A stretch of 64,000 nucleotides of DNA from Callorhinchus milii (Eukaryota), in contig NW_024704783.1 of NCBI RefSeq assembly GCF_018977255.1, forward strand, positions 310,001 through 374,000, written 5' to 3'. Under the pieces are notes generated by a model. That model was not told where the DNA came from and made no database searches. It saw only the letters and a list, made by a program, of their open reading frames with translations. The position numbers and the translations under genes were made by a program. Shown in pieces: positions 60,820 through 64,000 of the stretch (position 1 is the stretch's first letter; the number at the start of each line of letters is the position of its first letter).

Positions 60820-61330
60820 ACAGACACAGAGAGACACAAAACATGCGCATAAAGGAATCATCGCACTTAGAAAGAATGACAGAGAGAGACAGGTGGAGAG
60901 AGAAATACACTCATGGACAGCTTGAGAGAGAGTTTCGAAGAGAGAGAGACAAACACAAGCGCACGCAGCGATAAACACACAGACAGAGAGAGATACACAC
61001 CGACATTGAGAAACAGAGGCACAGACAGAAACATACTCGTACAGAAACAGAGAGAGGCCGAGATGGAGAATCATAGCGATACTGGCCGAGTGGTAAAGAG
61101 ACAGATTCGGATAGAGACATATCAATTGAAAGAACGAGATGCAGAAAGAAATCACTGACAGAGAGATGGAGAGATAATCAGAGAGAGACATACATAGGTG
61201 AAGAGAGATACACATATTTATAGAGTGTGGAATATAACGACACTTACAGACAAAGACACATACAGACACACACAGACACAAACAGACACAGACACACACA
61301 CACACAGACACACAGAGAGAGAGAGAGAGA
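60820..61330. repeat. GA/CA low-complexity tract in the GPCR intron
   Basis: Degenerate (GA)n(CA)n. Confidence 0.85.
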
Positions 61331-62219
61331 CTTCTCATCGCTGTAGGTATTATTGTTTGACAATTTGGATTTTTTTTCTGCCCATCTAAAATTTGAATCG
61401 TATATCAAATATAGCTACACAAACTTAAACATCGTATTTCTGTATAACTCTTACAGGTTATGTTTCTGAAGGGCAATCATAAAACTGTTGCATATGTGGC
61501 TGTCACCCGGCCCTCATTAATAATACATTTATTAACAATATTTAAAGTCAATGCATTCGATTCAGCGCTTTAACATTTCGTTGTGAGGTCCCAAAGCGGT
61601 TCACAAAATAAACTGAAAAGTGAATTGACTGTATTTTGTGGGCGAAATGCGGCAGCCAAATGCACACAGTTTTACAATTTAAAATTGTGGGTAAAATGCC
61701 AGAAAACGCCACTTCCCAAAAGCTTGGACTATCACGGTTCAGACCCTCAGCTCAATGAAGTGTTGTGGGCTTCAACCCGCAAACTTCTCACTGAGAGGCT
61801 AACAAATAAGTCAAACGTGTGGATAATCATTGGCTAAATCTTGTTTAAAATAATAATACCAGTTGCGATTTTCCTATCATTTTCTCTCTTTTTCTCTTTG
61901 TAATATAAAATAATAATAGTAATTTTACTTGCATTTGATGTGAAAATTTTCACCTCTTATAAACACATGAAAACATATCACTTAATATATCTATTTACCT
62001 GACAGTAAGCAGACACCCGATGGTTAGTCAATTGATAGATCGCTTACCCGAAGATAATAATCATTAAAGAAAAATCTGGCCACTCAATCCATGGTTGCTT
62101 GTGGTATATTGCAATGCGTAATTGGCTGCCAGCTTTAACCTACAAATAAAGACAATTCTCTGTGCACTATATTCTCTGAAGTGCTTTGCGATATGTGGAA
62201 TACGCGAAACGTGCAATGT

Positions 62220-62520
62220 CAAATAAAAGGATTATAATTATTTTTGTAAAGTGAATTGACTGTACATTTGTGGACGGAGAGCGGCAGCCAATTCCACACT
62301 GAAGTGTCTCCCAGCCTCTCTTGGATCGATGTTATAATTTTTTAATGATTACTTTCTCCAGAAATGCGATCCAACAATCGACTAACACCCGAGTTCCAAC
62401 TTTTTACTCGGTAAGCAGATGTATGTGGAGTGAATAATTTGCCCAACATTTCGCGATGCCGGGAATTGAACCCAGGTCGCTCGCTTTTGCGATGTTATTG
62501 CTCTAACCACCGAGCTTCAG
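62220..62520 (-). mobile_element. SINE copy with a tRNA-like head
   Basis: gtaaagtgaattgactgtac...gcggcagccaatt body and gggaattgaacccaggtcgctcgc...ctctaaccaccgagct head. Confidence 0.7.
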
Positions 62521-62973
62521 GAATCCATTAATGTACATATTAATAGCACTGTACAGACTGAATAAACTTTGATGCAGAGACACCTGTCGGCGTCCAAACT
62601 TCACAAACCTTTTGAGTTTACTGAAAAACCTATTTGTCGGCAAACGCGGCAGGTAAACGCAGGCAACTGACATGAAGTAAATTATCAAGTATATATCGAA
62701 GTTTTTTTCACATGTAGTTGTTGGCCAAAATTCTCAAAGAAATACCCTTTCTTTTGAATTGTGCCACATGATCTTTCATGTCTGAAGGATCAATTAGGAC
62801 TTTACTTGTTGAATACGTATTCAAATCGCGGCTCCTCCAACAAAGATCAATGGGTCTGGGTCAGCAATCCAAACCTTTCTGATTCAGAGGAGGAAGTGCT
62901 GCCAGCTGAGTCAGGCTGCAAACTTTACTTTACTGCAAACTAATCTAACTAACGAATCCGTTAAACAACTTGC

Positions 62974-63043
62974 CAGGAACTCCAAACGCAGCGAGAATCG
63001 GATAGAAAATGATTCGTATCCTGTATATTGGCGCAATTGTCAT
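62974..63043 (-). CDS. First coding exon (70 nt) of the GPCR at 59174-60090, GC donor
   Basis: MTIAPIYRIRIIFYPILAAFGVP with phase-1 donor G|GCAAGT. Same length and motif as the two paralogous first exons. Confidence 0.8.
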
Positions 63044-64000
63044 CTTCTCAGATAACCGATGGTACCTCCTCTCGGTACAGACAGGAGCTCAGACGATCTA
63101 TATGAGATTCAAGAGCAAAACACACAGCCTAATTTATACCAACGTGAACGCTTAACTTAGAAGATTTATCACATGATGATGAACGAGATTCAGCCATGTG
63201 GAAAACATGCACTCTCCCTAAGCGGTGCAACTTACGTCAATTATTCATTTTTAGCAGCTTGTTATGGCATCCATGCGGAAACCTATCGCCCTGGTTTCGA
63301 CATCAAGAAGCCACCCTGCGTTAAGAATCCTATGTAAATGCTGTTCGCTGTCATTAAAATATCCAAACCAGTAACCGTAGTCAACATATGTAGGCATTTA
63401 CAAATTATTACATGTAATAATTCATGTCTCACGTGTGGCCAGATCCACCATCGTAATTCGGCCTTTAGCCTCTCCAACCCCACCCTTTGTTATCCATCCC
63501 ACATTTGCTTTGCCAGGCTACCTTCATTGCCTCCTTCAAGGAACGACTCAACAGTTTAATGTTCGCAACCATCCTACCCTCACTTTCTTACTCCCTCCCA
63601 TAATCGAACATCAACACCCTACCCCATCCCGCTCTAATTCAAATTCCTAACCATCCAGAAAGTTGGGACTTCCTACTCATGTGAAAGTCGCTGGTCAAAA
63701 GTTATATTGTATTGGAAACCCAGGATCCCAGTCCACCATTCACAAACAAAATTCTCTGTTGTCACTTCATCCAAACTTTTCTTCTACTCTAAATTACCCT
63801 GGAAGCTACGATAATCCCAGATTCTCCTTCCACATAACCAATCTTGTACGGCCCCCATCATTCTGTTTACCAAATATCTCTCCAGTGGCAAATCGATAAT
63901 AAGTTTTCTGGTGTTTACAATCGAGAGGTACACCTCTGCTCTATGTGCGACTGGTACAATGATCACTGCCCTTTGCAACCTGCAACGAACCCTTCCTATA

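Noticed and set aside
63290-63900. Possible retroviral protease-like remnant (VTGLDIL)
   Set aside because: It is one short motif with no LTR or other gag/pol support in the window.
1-64000. CRISPR arrays, rRNA genes or prokaryotic systems
   Set aside because: None were seen; the sequence is vertebrate with spliceosomal introns and LINEs/SINEs.

Overview
Repeat-rich vertebrate genomic DNA, almost certainly from a cartilaginous fish (possibly a chimaera). This is inferred from the shark-type IgM exons, the expanded GPR139/142-like GPCR family, and the L2/CR1 LINEs with Deu-type tRNA SINEs. It has three superimposed layers. (1) At 1.6-9.7 kb on the minus strand is a decayed antigen-receptor cluster: promoter, 46-nt leader exon, a short degenerate V, four D segments with a mutually compatible 12/22-24 RSS chain, a J-like segment, a possible second Ig-fold exon about 100 nt after J, then IgM-type CH2, CH3 and CH4/secretory exons. 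I find no recognisable CH1 or TM exon. (2) At 17.8-51.3 kb are 15 dispersed tRNA loci, mostly decaying. The cleanest are an intron-containing tRNA-Pro(AGG), an intron-containing tRNA-Ile(TAT) and a tRNA-Ser(TGA). (3) Three co-oriented two-exon rhodopsin-class GPCR genes each have a 70-nt first coding exon; two are intact (one via a GC-AG intron) and one is a pseudogene. There is also a TRIM RING-only remnant with an ISRE-like motif and an R4/Dong-type retrotransposon fragment. Most ORFs in the supplied track are artefacts of low-complexity or retroelement sequence. All family assignments come from manual motif recognition and remembered consensus sequences; no searches were run.
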